Of a stretch of DNA of 64,000 nucleotides, positions 35,458-45,276 are shown piece after piece (position 1 is the stretch's first letter; each line of letters starts with the position of its first letter). Source of the stretch: an uncultured Acidimicrobiaceae bacterium (GTDB lineage Bacteria; Actinomycetota; Acidimicrobiia; Acidimicrobiales; RAAP-2); assembly GCA_963803065.1 (NCBI GenBank), contig CAWDKW010000013.1, positions 101,729 through 165,728 of the forward strand, in the 5' to 3' direction. A program made the position numbers and the translations under genes. A model generated the notes under the pieces. That model was not told the origin of the DNA and did no database searches. It saw only the letters and a program-made list of their open reading frames with translations.

Positions 35458-35921
35458 TGACGGCGGTGATCGACAAACGCATCGCCGAGTTGGGGTACAC
35501 CCTCTACGGCCCGCACCCTCCCCATGACCCTCTCGTCCCGGTGGTGGTCCACGGCGGGGTGGCCCGGACCTCCGGCCAGCTTCCACGGATAGACGGCAAG
35601 CTCACCTGCACCGGGCTGCTCGGCGACACCGTCACGGTGGAACAGGCGAGCCGCGCCTCGGAGGTGTGCGTGCTCAACGCGCTGGCCGTCCTCCGGGAGG
35701 AGTTGGGGAGCCTGGACCGGATCGAACGCGTCCTCACCGTGCTCGGGTTCGCCGCCATCGCCCCCGGCACCCAGATGCAGCCGGCGGCCCTCGACGGAGC
35801 GAGCAGGCTCCTCTTCCAGGTCTTCGGAGAGGCGGGGAGGCATACCCGATCGGCCATCGGCGTCGCCTCCCTTCCCCGGGGTGGGACCGTCGAGCTCGAG
35901 GTCGCCGTGGCTCTTCGTTGA
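35457..35921 (+). CDS. RidA/YjgF family protein
   Basis: Start at MTAVIDKRI, overlapping the previous stop. VARTSGQLP, LTVLGFAA, HTRSAIGVASLPRGGTVELE. Confidence 0.85.
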   Translation: MTAVIDKRIAELGYTLYGPHPPHDPLVPVVVHGGVARTSGQLPRIDGKLTCTGLLGDTVTVEQASRASEVCVLNALAVLREELGSLDRIERVLTVLGFAAIAPGTQMQPAALDGASRLLFQVFGEAGRHTRSAIGVASLPRGGTVELEVAVALR

Positions 35922-35944
35922 ACTGAACAGGCCGGCCGCTCGGG

Positions 35945-37609
35945 TCACCCGAGCAGGGCGCGGGCGTTGCGGATGGCTAGGGCCACCAGCGTGAGGGTCG
36001 GGCCGTAGCCAGTGCTGGTCGGGAACAGCGACGAATCGGCGACCAAGACGTTGGGGACGTCGTGGAGCCGTCCCCAACGGTCGCAGACCGAGGTGGCAGG
36101 GTCGTCGCCCATGCGGGCCGTGCCCATGACGTGCTTGGAGGCAGGGATCTTTGCCGCCGGGCTGGTGATGCCGAACGGGTTGCCATCGAGCATCGGCGAG
36201 GTCACGGTGGTCGTCCACTCGGCGCCGGCCTCCGCCAGGATCGCCTCGAGCTTGGCCCCGTGGTACCGCGAGGAGACGATCTCGTGTGGGTGCGGCTGGT
36301 AGGTGGTCCGGGCCACGGCATGGCCCCGCACGTCGCGGACGGCGGGGTCGAGGTCGATCCGGTTGGTCGGCTGGGGAAGGTCCTCCCCCTGCATGGTGAA
36401 CGCGACCAGGTGGTCCCGAAAGGGCGACTCTCGCATCTTCACTTTGTGCTCGACGCCCCACGGGTAGGTGCTGGCCTCCAGGATCGGGTGGCCCGGGCCG
36501 CAGTGCTCCACCATGCCTCCCTTCAACCAGGGCAGGCCGGCGTCCGCCGCCACCTTGTACGACTCGGGGTCGGGGACGATGTGGTCGTCGTGCAGGTGGG
36601 ATACCGAGCGACCCTTGTGGTAGTGGGCCCGCTGAGCCAGGCGGCCCAGGCTGATCGTCTGGAAGTGGAACATGAGGTTCCGGCCGATCTGGGGATGCTC
36701 GAGTCCCGACAGCAGCAGGAGCCGCGGTGTCTCCATGGCCCCGCAGGCCACCACCACCTGGTCGGCCAGTTCCTCATGGAATTCCCCCTCTGCGTCCTGC
36801 CACTCGACCCCGACGGCTCGGCCGTTGCGAAGGAGGAGCCGGGTGACGAACGAATCAGGCCGGATCTCCGCCCTGCGGGTGAGCAGGGCTCGACGCAGCG
36901 GTGCCACTGGGTCGCCCTTGGCGTGGATGGGGCATCCGAAGAAGGCGCAGAACCCGCAGTTGTTGCACGCTGGCCTGCCGTCGTAGGGAACCGAGTTGGC
37001 GCCGGTCGGGCCCGGGTAGGGGTGATACCCGAGCCGTTCGGCGGCCGCCACCGTGAGCAGCGATCCGTACATCGGCGCGCCCGGTGGCATGGGGTACGGC
37101 CCCGAGCGGGCGGCGGCGAACGGGTTGGCGCCGGCCTCGCCGGCCACGCCCACCAGACGCTCGGCCTCGGCGTAGAAGGGCTCCAGGTCGTCGTAGCCGA
37201 TGGGCCAGTCGACAACATCGGCCCCGTCCACCGGTCCGAGCAGCGTACGGAGCCGGAAGTCGTCCTCCCGGAACCGCGGCAGCTTGCCGTCGGCGTGCAC
37301 CCCGCCGCCGCCCACGGTGGCTGGGAGGTTGTTCACGTCGCCCACGTGGACCGGGTCGGCCACCTCCGCGCTGGGTCGGAAGGTGCGCGGGTCGAGCCAC
37401 GGGTCGGGCCCGAGGAAATGGCGGTTCATGAACTTGATCTCGTCGTTGGAGTAGTCGGTGATCAGGTTGAAGGGAGGCTCGAGTTCGATCAGGCGGTTCC
37501 GACCCCGCTCGAAGACCACCACCGAGCGGCCACCGGCCGTGAGCACGTCGGCGGCGGTCGACCCGCCCGGCCCCGAGCCCACGATGATGACGTCGAAGTC
37601 CCGGCTCAT
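35945..37609 (-). CDS. GMC family FAD-dependent oxidoreductase
   Basis: 554 aa. N-terminal FDVIIVGSGPGGSTAADVL..VVVFERG (the FAD GxGxxG motif) and a C-terminal GTARMG..VCDRWGRLHDVPNVLVADSSLFPTS. Confidence 0.9.
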   Translation of the reverse strand: MSRDFDVIIVGSGPGGSTAADVLTAGGRSVVVFERGRNRLIELEPPFNLITDYSNDEIKFMNRHFLGPDPWLDPRTFRPSAEVADPVHVGDVNNLPATVGGGGVHADGKLPRFREDDFRLRTLLGPVDGADVVDWPIGYDDLEPFYAEAERLVGVAGEAGANPFAAARSGPYPMPPGAPMYGSLLTVAAAERLGYHPYPGPTGANSVPYDGRPACNNCGFCAFFGCPIHAKGDPVAPLRRALLTRRAEIRPDSFVTRLLLRNGRAVGVEWQDAEGEFHEELADQVVVACGAMETPRLLLLSGLEHPQIGRNLMFHFQTISLGRLAQRAHYHKGRSVSHLHDDHIVPDPESYKVAADAGLPWLKGGMVEHCGPGHPILEASTYPWGVEHKVKMRESPFRDHLVAFTMQGEDLPQPTNRIDLDPAVRDVRGHAVARTTYQPHPHEIVSSRYHGAKLEAILAEAGAEWTTTVTSPMLDGNPFGITSPAAKIPASKHVMGTARMGDDPATSVCDRWGRLHDVPNVLVADSSLFPTSTGYGPTLTLVALAIRNARALLG

Positions 37610-38166
37610 GGCTGGCTGACCTCCTCGTCGCTGTACCCTCGCGGCTGGACGTCACCGGCGAAGCCGATGTTCTCCCACCCGACCAGGCCCTGGTTCCCGC
37701 CGTACTCGGGGGCGCCGTACATGCCCTGGCAGGCATGGGCGTAGAGCACCGCGGTGAAGGGCTCAGCCGCCCGCAACCGCTCGTCCTGCTCGTCGGGTGG
37801 CAGCGACGTGAAGTCGGTGCCCAGCGCCTCGAGGCCCTCGCGGTAGATCTCCTGCAGCCCCCGGACGTGCCCGAGCCGCTCACGCTCGGGGATCCCGAGC
37901 GATCCCTCGATGCGCGTCCGCCAGGCGAGCTCCTCGAGCGGTGTGAGCCGGTGGAACGAGGCGAAACCACTCGCCCCCCCGAATCGCCCGGAGAAGGGCC
38001 CGCCGGCCCAAATCAACGGGGGATCGGTGGCGAAGGCGCCCAGGAAGCCGTCGATGTAGTCGACCACCCGGGCCTCCCGTGCGCCGGGCTGCTCGTCGGT
38101 GGGGATCAGCCGGGCGCAGGCCGCGTCGGCGACCTCGTACTCCGACTCAGTGAAGAAGCGGGCCAT
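37606..38166 (-). CDS. Gluconate 2-dehydrogenase subunit 3 family protein (small partner of GMC oxidoreductases)
   Basis: 186 aa. FTESEYEVADAACARLIPTDEQPGAREARVVDYIDGFL matches the family. A 4-nt overlap links it to the GMC gene. I see no twin-arginine signal at the N-terminus. Confidence 0.75.
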   Translation of the reverse strand: MARFFTESEYEVADAACARLIPTDEQPGAREARVVDYIDGFLGAFATDPPLIWAGGPFSGRFGGASGFASFHRLTPLEELAWRTRIEGSLGIPERERLGHVRGLQEIYREGLEALGTDFTSLPPDEQDERLRAAEPFTAVLYAHACQGMYGAPEYGGNQGLVGWENIGFAGDVQPRGYSDEEVSQP

Positions 38167-38243
38167 CGGGGGACTCTAACCTGGAGCCGCGACCAAGATA
38201 AAACTTGTAGTCCCATGCCGGATGCCGGTCGGGCCATTCGGAC

Positions 38244-38969
38244 TCACCTGTCTCCAGCCCGGACCCAGCGCAGGCCACCGAGGAGATGGGCCAGGTAGGC
38301 CCCACTCTCCCACGCCGCCGGGAAGTGCCCGAGGGCGCTGTAGAACGTCCGGCCCCCCGCTTCGGCATGGCACCAGGCCAACGGCAGCCCCTGGTCGGGC
38401 AGACGGGCACCGGGGACCGTCATGTCGAGCTGGGTGGGATCGACGCGCAGGAGGATCCGGGCGTCGGGACGGCACCGGTCGAAGAGATAGATCTCGTCGT
38501 GCCACGGCCACGGGTCGGGAAGGTGGGCCGTCGCCGGATGGGCCGGGTCGACCACGTCGATGGAAAACGACTGGGTCCAAGGGTGACCGGCGAACCGGGC
38601 CCCGAGGATGGCCCCGTAGTCCTCCCAGCCGGAGCAGGCATCCGTGGCGGCATGGACCCCGAGGATGCCCAGGTCGCCGCGGCGCCACGAGTCGGAGATG
38701 GTCGTCCGCTGTGCCGGGGTGAACGGCGTCTCGCCGATGGTGAACAGGGCCAGGACGCCGCCAGCCGCCAGCTGCCCAACGGTCAGGTCGCCGACCCCGG
38801 TCACCGTCACCGGCTCCAGCCCGGCCATGGTCCCCAACTCGGCCAGGGCGGTAGCCGCCTGGCCGAGCACCCCGTGGACCCCTGCGGGTCCCGCCCGGTA
38901 CGGGGCCACCTCGGTGACGATCAGGAGGGGCGGTCGGCCCGTCCCCGCGGTCGGGCCGGCCGGTCCCAT
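38244..38969 (-). CDS. ThuA domain protein (trehalose-utilisation-like)
   Basis: Start moved to M99 (MGPAGPTAGTGRPPLLIVTE), overlapping the TetR stop by 1 nt (TGATG). HAATDA..GARFAGHPW..AWCHAEAGGRTFYSALGH matches ThuA. Confidence 0.8.
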   Translation of the reverse strand: MGPAGPTAGTGRPPLLIVTEVAPYRAGPAGVHGVLGQAATALAELGTMAGLEPVTVTGVGDLTVGQLAAGGVLALFTIGETPFTPAQRTTISDSWRRGDLGILGVHAATDACSGWEDYGAILGARFAGHPWTQSFSIDVVDPAHPATAHLPDPWPWHDEIYLFDRCRPDARILLRVDPTQLDMTVPGARLPDQGLPLAWCHAEAGGRTFYSALGHFPAAWESGAYLAHLLGGLRWVRAGDR

Positions 38970-39541
38970 CACGCCGGGAGCTCGATGACGCTGAGGGCCC
39001 GCCGCACCGACCGGTCGACGTACTCGGGCCCCCGCAGCCCGGAGGTCCAGGCGATCACGCTGGTCACCCACACCATCTCGATGACCTCGGCCACCTTGTC
39101 CTGGGTCGGCGAAGGCGGACCTCCGGCAATGGCGTAGGCGAGCGTCGCCCGCAGTCCGTCCTCGAACCCGGCCAGCATCGGAGGGATCGAGGACTGTCCC
39201 GAGGTCCAGGCGCGCACGAGGGCCTTGGCCAGCTCGGGTGAGTCCATGACGCCGGCGGTGCACTCCCGGAGCGCCCGCAGCACGCGGGTCCTCGGCGTGC
39301 GGGCGCGCCGCATGGTTGTCTCGCGGATCTGGGCGAACTCGATCTCCGAGGTCTCGATGAGCGAGGTGAGCAACAGGTGCTCCTTCGAGGGGAAGTACTT
39401 GTAGATGGTGCGGGAGGACACCCCGGTCGTGGCGACCAGGTCACTGATGCGCCAACCGTCGAGACCCCGCCGGGTGGTGAGGGCGATGACGGTCTCGTGG
39501 ATCTGTTGGCGCTGCTCGGCGCTCAGCGGGGCTGCAGGCAC
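38969..39541 (-). CDS. TetR family transcriptional regulator
   Basis: 190 aa. The HTH is TVIALTTRRGLDGWRISDLVATTGVSSRTIYKYFPSKEHLL. First gene of the ThuA/GMC string. Confidence 0.9.
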   Translation of the reverse strand: MPAAPLSAEQRQQIHETVIALTTRRGLDGWRISDLVATTGVSSRTIYKYFPSKEHLLLTSLIETSEIEFAQIRETTMRRARTPRTRVLRALRECTAGVMDSPELAKALVRAWTSGQSSIPPMLAGFEDGLRATLAYAIAGGPPSPTQDKVAEVIEMVWVTSVIAWTSGLRGPEYVDRSVRRALSVIELPA

Positions 39542-39649
39542 TGCACGGCCACCGCAGCACGGCCACGCCTCACTGGTTCGACTCGGGACTTCGCATGGCG
39601 CAGTTCTTACCAGAGGAAGCGGCGACGCACCGCCGGGCGCCTACGGAGT

Positions 39650-40408
39650 TCATGTCGGGCGTCGGCCTACCACCGCTCGGAGCCCGCCGGGCAGCTGCTC
39701 GGCCCCGAAGGCGGAGCGCACCTCGACCTCGAGGCCTTCGGAGGCGAGAAGTTCAGGGATCCCGGACGCCTCGACCAGGACGTTGTCGTGTCGTTCGTCG
39801 TCCCGTCGCCACGAACCGTCATCGTTGCGGATGAACGTGGTCATCTCGCGCACGTACCGGTCTGGTGACGGCAGCGAGAACCGGGAGATGATCGCCCAGT
39901 CGTCGCCGACCCTACCGATGCTCGACTCGGTATGGGCGACTCCCCATTCGAGATCGCAGACGTCGAGGGCGAACACGCCTCCGGGTCGGAGCGAGCGCGC
40001 CAGCGACCGGAGGCCCCGAGTCAAGGCATCGGCGTCGGGCAGGTAATTCAGGGCATGGCCGACGCCAACGATGGCATCGGCCTCGGGGACGGCGTCCTCC
40101 GGAAGGGTCAAGAGGCGGAACTCGACCGGGCCGGGGACGACTGCGCGTGCGAGGCGGAGCATGGCCGGCGACGCATCGGTGGCCGTGACCCGGTGGCCGG
40201 CAGCGACGAGTCGCTCGGTGAGCAGGCCGCTCCCACAACCGATCTCGAGGACCAGCCCATTGCCCCTCAGAACCGGGTCCAACAGGGCCAGGATCCCCGG
40301 TGCGCACGCCTCCGCGTGGAAGGCGAATCCGCGGTGATGGACGAGGGCGAGGTCGTCACGGTAATAAGGGGTCGACGGCACGGCCATGTCCCCAGTCTTC
40401 CAAGCCAT
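39650..40408 (-). CDS. Class I SAM-dependent methyltransferase
   Basis: 252 aa. Motif I is VLEIGCGSGLLTERLV, followed by VTATDASPAML, AIVGVGHALNYL and RPGGVFALD. Confidence 0.8.
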   Translation of the reverse strand: MAWKTGDMAVPSTPYYRDDLALVHHRGFAFHAEACAPGILALLDPVLRGNGLVLEIGCGSGLLTERLVAAGHRVTATDASPAMLRLARAVVPGPVEFRLLTLPEDAVPEADAIVGVGHALNYLPDADALTRGLRSLARSLRPGGVFALDVCDLEWGVAHTESSIGRVGDDWAIISRFSLPSPDRYVREMTTFIRNDDGSWRRDDERHDNVLVEASGIPELLASEGLEVEVRSAFGAEQLPGGLRAVVGRRPT

Positions 40409-40453
40409 GAGCCGTGTCGTCGGCCCCGTTTCCCAGCTAGTGCTCGTCGGGCG

Positions 40454-41611
40454 TCACGAGCTCTCCGCTCCCGAACGAGGCGCCGGACACGACTGGATCG
40501 ATCGCTGGACGATACCGACGAGTGCAGCCTCTCCGGTCAGGTTCGGATGGACGTCGTCAGGAAGGAACCAATCGGCCGGGCCCTCGTGGTGCCCCCGGGA
40601 CACGGTGGCCCAATCGGCGATCGTCACGTGTCCGCCAGCGGCGACGGCGTCGGATTCGACGACCTGATTCACGCTCTTGGCCTGGACCGCGTATCGGGGT
40701 CCGGCCCCGAAGAGGCTTGTCGAATGCTCAGGAGCGGTGACGATGACGACACAGGGAATTCGGGCGTTCGCCGATGCTTCGAGGAGGTGCTTGGCATCGC
40801 TCGAGACGCCATCGAGGACTGCGCCCAGAGATGGGTCGCCGGAGACTTCGGCGAATGTTGCTCGCATCGCGTCGTTCGCTCCCAGTTCGACCACGAGTGC
40901 GGATGGATGCTGGGCGAAGATCCCTCGAGCCAATCCGATGGCCCATGTTCCTTCGACTGTCTTCAGCGGCCACGCCGGCGCCGATGCCCCCCATCCGAAT
41001 CCGCTTGTGGCCCGGATCTCCCATGTCGACGCGGGAAGGCTGCGAAGGGGTGACGATTCCGACCGAACCTGTTGAGCGATTCCCGCGAAGACGCTGTCAC
41101 CGATGACGCCGACCAGGGGATCCTTGGTGGCTCGGACCGAGAGGTACAACGAGCAGTTTCCGTCCGGTGAGAGCAGGTTCGCGGCGCTGGCGTCGATCGT
41201 GCGGTGAGTGCCGGTGGTCATGGCCGAGCGTGCGGTGGCCAGTGGCCCCGCCGCAGTCGACCAGGACAGATCCCACGCTCCCGCCACCGTCGATATCACA
41301 TCGCCGGGATCCGCCCTGCCCGCCTCCAGGATGCGGATTGCCGTCGCCCCGTCAACCTGTCGGACCGGCTCGTATCGAGCGGCCCATCGTATCGGTGCGG
41401 CCAGCGAGGCCTCCTGACAACTTGCCGTGAGCAGTCCTCTCGTTGTCAGAGCGCCTTCGGCACGAGTAGTGACCACGGCGAGGACACTCGTCGCGACCGC
41501 GGTGCCTGCAACCAGGATGACCGCCCCACGCCTCCAGCCACGAGCCCTTCTCTTGGCAGCCGGTCTCCCATGTCGAGTGGTATCCGCACTGTCGACACCG
41601 GTGCCGGTCAC
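40454..41611 (-). CDS. Membrane-anchored SGNH/GDSL hydrolase family protein
   Basis: 385 aa with a basic N-terminus and one TM (AVILVAGTAVATSVLAVV). Block I is VGVIGDSVFAG, block III is VVELGANDAM and block V is DDVHPN. Confidence 0.7.
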   Translation of the reverse strand: MTGTGVDSADTTRHGRPAAKRRARGWRRGAVILVAGTAVATSVLAVVTTRAEGALTTRGLLTASCQEASLAAPIRWAARYEPVRQVDGATAIRILEAGRADPGDVISTVAGAWDLSWSTAAGPLATARSAMTTGTHRTIDASAANLLSPDGNCSLYLSVRATKDPLVGVIGDSVFAGIAQQVRSESSPLRSLPASTWEIRATSGFGWGASAPAWPLKTVEGTWAIGLARGIFAQHPSALVVELGANDAMRATFAEVSGDPSLGAVLDGVSSDAKHLLEASANARIPCVVIVTAPEHSTSLFGAGPRYAVQAKSVNQVVESDAVAAGGHVTIADWATVSRGHHEGPADWFLPDDVHPNLTGEAALVGIVQRSIQSCPAPRSGAESS

Positions 41612-41648
41612 GTCCCGGCACCCTAGGAGTCATCGCTGCGGCGTCCGG

Positions 41649-41680
41649 GATCGGCCCTGAACGTGAGTTCAGGACCGATC
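41649..41680 (-). terminator. 14-bp near-perfect hairpin downstream of the histidine kinase gene
   Basis: GATCGGCCCTGAAC-gtga-GTTCAGGACCGATC (one mismatch), about 90 nt after the kinase stop and before the SGNH gene start. There is no U tract, which is common in high-GC actinobacteria. Confidence 0.45.
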
Positions 41681-41771
41681 AGTGTTGCTGAAGGTTCGTT
41701 CAGACGATGGAACCCTTCCGGTTTTCTCGGTGCATCGGCCGACGGTCCATGACGGGACCGAGAACGGCGCG

Positions 41772-43116
41772 CTACACCCTCGACTCCGACGGGGTCGTCG
41801 GGAGCTGCACCACGAAGCGAGCCCCACACGGCGACACGTCCTCGACGTGGACCGAACCGCCGTACTTCGTCGTGAGCTCACGCACGATGGCCAGGCCGAG
41901 CCCGGCGCCTCCGAAAGCCCTACTGCGATCGGACTCGAGTCGGTAGAACCGTTCGAAAATCAGGCTCTTTCTATCGTCAGGGACACCCGGCCCGTCGTCC
42001 GCGACGGTCAACTCGACTCGATCAGCCACCTCGGTCAATGCGAGCACTACCTGACTTCGCGCGTGGCGGACGGCGTTCGACCCCAGGTTCTCGATGATGC
42101 GGATGATGTCCACTTCCTCGGCGTACACCTGGCCGCCGGAGACGGCCGAGGTGTTGATGTGAGGGGTTGTGCGTGGTGGGAGGTGCTCGGCGTAGGCGAA
42201 GATGAGATCGTCAACGTCAACGGGGATCGCCTCGGATGTCCCGCGCCCGGCGGAATCGAGGACGAGCAGCTGGTCTGCGAGGCATGGAGGCGACGAAGGC
42301 ACGAAGGGCCACGTCCCGGGAGGCGCTGGCATCGCCTCCCACCGCTTCGGACTCCAGCGCCGCTCTGGCTGCAGCGATCGGACTTCTGAGCTCGTGACTG
42401 GCGTCGGCAATGAAGCGGAGCTCGCGCTCGATGGCCGCTCCTTGCCGGTCGAGCATGGCGTTCATGGTTCCGACCAGCCGCTCCACCTCGTCACCGGTGC
42501 GAGGACTGGGGATCCTGCTGGCCGGTTGAGAGTCGGAGATCGAGGCGACAGCGGCACGAGCGGTCTCCACCGGCCGAAGGGCGCGGCCCGTTATCACCCA
42601 AACGAGAAGGGAGAGGAGGAGAGCGAGAAGGGGTGCACCGATCGCGACGCCCACGGTCAGAGACTGAGTGGCCTGTGTGATCTGGTCGATCTGCACGGCT
42701 TCGACCAGAATGGGAGCGGATCCACGCCCGAGTTGGACCTCGAGGACACGCAGGGGCCCGAATCGTCGAGTCTGAATGGTGGTCAGACGGGGTACCGGTC
42801 CATCGGGGGTCACCGTGACCGGCAGCGGGACCCCGTGCAGGGTGTCGCCGGATCCCAACAGCCTGCCGTTTGCCTCGAGTAGCTCGCCGTATTGCCCAGC
42901 CGGACCGGTTGGGGGGAGGTAGCGGTGTCTGGCGAGCTGACCCTGCACATAGTGCGCGTCGGTCACCAGGTTCTGGTCGACCTGGGCTATCAGGTGACTG
43001 TGGACGGAGAACACGAGGAGAACAGCGCCGGCGGCGAGGATGGCCGACGTGAGCAACGCGTAGAACGCGGTCATCCGGAACCGAATGGATCGGGTGAACT
43101 TCGGCCTCGCCATCAT
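41772..43116 (-). pseudogene. Sensor histidine kinase (TM-HAMP-HisKA-HATPase) with one frame disruption near 42282
   Basis: The N-terminal part is in ORF 42217..43377, from MMARPKF at 43116 (an ATGA overlap with the regulator stop): two TMs, HAMP and the H-box FIADASHELRSPIAAARAALE. The ATPase part is in ORF 41772..42410 (LADQLLVLDS..IENLGSNAVRHA..DDGPGVP..FERFYR..GGAGLGLAIV). Dropping one C in ATGCCTCGCA joins ..AFVASM to LADQLLVL. Confidence 0.8.
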
Positions 43117-43937
43117 TCCTTGTCGTCGACAACATGTAGTTGGTACCCGTACCCGCGTACCGTGTCGATCACCCGCCGTTCGAAAGGCGGCTCCAGCTTC
43201 TTGCGTAGGTGGCCCACATAGACCTCGACGATGTTTGGATCCCCTTGGAAGTCCGGGCCCCAGACGCGCGTGAGGAGCTCGCTCTTCGACATCGGCCTTC
43301 CGCTGTTGGTCATGAGGCAGGCGAGGACCTCGACCTCTCTGGCCGACAGCTGGACCTCGACGGTCGAATTCGAGCACCGGTGCCGAACCGGGTCGAGGAT
43401 GAGGCCGCTCATCGTGAGGCGACGGACGTGAATGTGAGAGGTTCGGCGAAGCAGCGCCCGGACGTGGGCGACGAACACCGCCAGGGCGAAGGGCTTCGTC
43501 AGAAAGTCGTCCGCCCCGGCATCGAGGGATTCAGCCTGGTCCAGGTCCCCGGTCTTCGCGGTGAGAACCATGATGGGCACCCATGACTCGGCCTCACGGA
43601 TCTGCGCGCAGAGCTTGAATCCGTTCACGGAAGGCAAGAGGAGATCCACGATGATCAGGCCGTAGGATTCGGCGAGCGCCTTGTTCAGCCCGTCTCGTCC
43701 GTCGAAGGCCAGGTGAACCTGGAACCCGAGGGTGGTCAGGATCCGTTCGATAGCGTCGGCGACCTCCTGGTCGTCCTCGATGACGAGTACCCGTATCGGC
43801 GTCGGTTTCGTCGGCTCCGGCCAGGTGGCCGTCTCGTCGGATCGGGATCCAGGAACGCTCCGGTCCTGGTGGCGTTGCCCAAGGGTCGGCTCGGGGCGTG
43901 CTCTTTTCCACAGCTCCCTCGGCTCAGGCCTGGCCAC
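43113..43937 (-). CDS. OmpR-family response regulator (cognate to the downstream kinase)
   Basis: IRVLVIEDDQEVA, LIIVDLLLPSVNG, IMVLTAKTG and TKPF are followed by LSAREVEVLACLM..VEVYVGHLRKKLE..TVRGYGYQL. The roughly 45-aa N-terminal extension may reflect an over-called start. Confidence 0.85.
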   Translation of the reverse strand: MARPEPRELWKRARPEPTLGQRHQDRSVPGSRSDETATWPEPTKPTPIRVLVIEDDQEVADAIERILTTLGFQVHLAFDGRDGLNKALAESYGLIIVDLLLPSVNGFKLCAQIREAESWVPIMVLTAKTGDLDQAESLDAGADDFLTKPFALAVFVAHVRALLRRTSHIHVRRLTMSGLILDPVRHRCSNSTVEVQLSAREVEVLACLMTNSGRPMSKSELLTRVWGPDFQGDPNIVEVYVGHLRKKLEPPFERRVIDTVRGYGYQLHVVDDKE

Positions 43938-44075
43938 ATCTCTCCTCTCCGGAGTGGATGTTGCGATCGTAGGTCGTAGGCGGCCCGAGGCCCAGACGCC
44001 GGCGGACGAAGGTCGATGGAGGCGGACAATGACCCGATCACGGCACCGAGGGTGCTCGAGGCCCGACGCGGGCGG

Positions 44076-45215
44076 CTACGCCGTCGGCACCTCGCCCACC
44101 GCTCCATCTGCGGCACCCTTCGTGGCCGACGTCGGGGTCGGCAGCAGCTGGACCGATGTTCCGTCAAGCGCCGGCCCGCTGGTGTGAAGGTGGCACCGGA
44201 CCGTCGATCCGCTCGGAGTGACGAACGCCTCGGGGTCGACGCTGGCGCAGATCTTCATGGCGAAGGGGCACCGGGCCCGGAAGCGGCAACCTGCCGTCCC
44301 ACCGACCGGTTCACCGACTTCGCCGGAGAGGATGATGCGGGACCCTTCGCGCCGGCGGGTCGGGTCCGGGACCGGGATGGCGGACAGGAGCGCCGCCGTG
44401 TACGGGTGGGTGGGCCGCAGATAGACCTCGTCCGCCTCCCCTTCCTCGACGATCTTCCCGAGGTACATCACGGCGATCCGATCGCTGATGTGGCGAACGA
44501 CCGAGAGATCGTGAGCGATGAACAGGTATGCCAGTCCCAGCTCGTTCTGGAGCTGGCTGAAGAGGTTGATGACCTGCGATTGGGTTGACACGTCCAGTGC
44601 GCTGACCGGCTCGTCGCAGACCAACAGCCTGGGTTGGAGGGCCAGGGCCCGGGCGATGGCGATGCGCTGGCGTTGGCCGCCCGAGAACTCGTGGGGCTGG
44701 CGCTGCATGACGTGCGATCCCAGCCCCACCTGGCCGAGCAGCTCGGCGACCCTCTTCTCCCGCTGGGACCTCGACATCGAGGTGTGGATGGCCAGCGGCT
44801 CTCCGACGATGTCGGCGATGCTCTGGCGGGGGTCGAGTGACGAGTAGGGATCCTGGAACACCATCTGCATGGCTTCGCGGTGTCGTCGCAGCGCCGGGCC
44901 CCCGAGCGTGGTGATGTCCTTGCCGTCGACGACGACGTTTCCGCCGGTCGGGTCGATGAGGCGCAGCACCAACCGGGCCAAGGTGGACTTGCCCGATCCG
45001 CTCTCACCGACCAGCCCGAGGGTCGTCCCGGCCATGACTTCGAGGTCGACACCGTCGACTGCCCGGACCGCACCGGTCGTGCGTCGCAGCACTCCGCTGC
45101 GAATGGGGAACTCCTTGACCAGGTCGGTCACCGTCATGACCGGCTCGAGGCTGGTCTTCGCCGCGGCGCTCACGAACGGCGTCGTCGCCACCTCGAGCCG
45201 GGCGCCGGACAGCAT
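44076..45215 (-). CDS. Peptide/nickel ABC transporter ATP-binding protein (DppF/OppF-like)
   Basis: Walker A is GESGSGKSTLARL, the signature is FSGGQRQRIAIARAL, Walker B is LLVCDEPVSALD, and there is a C-terminal oligopeptide-type CRFRARCPFAMKIC. The start is ambiguous (M80 at 45215 or M106 at 45137). The frame is open all the way up to 45452. Confidence 0.85.
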   Translation of the reverse strand: MLSGARLEVATTPFVSAAAKTSLEPVMTVTDLVKEFPIRSGVLRRTTGAVRAVDGVDLEVMAGTTLGLVGESGSGKSTLARLVLRLIDPTGGNVVVDGKDITTLGGPALRRHREAMQMVFQDPYSSLDPRQSIADIVGEPLAIHTSMSRSQREKRVAELLGQVGLGSHVMQRQPHEFSGGQRQRIAIARALALQPRLLVCDEPVSALDVSTQSQVINLFSQLQNELGLAYLFIAHDLSVVRHISDRIAVMYLGKIVEEGEADEVYLRPTHPYTAALLSAIPVPDPTRRREGSRIILSGEVGEPVGGTAGCRFRARCPFAMKICASVDPEAFVTPSGSTVRCHLHTSGPALDGTSVQLLPTPTSATKGAADGAVGEVPTA

Positions 45216-45276
45216 GAGCTCGTCCCGTCGGGCGCAACGGGACAGGATCACCGCCGAGCTCGAGGTCGGGCCCGGG

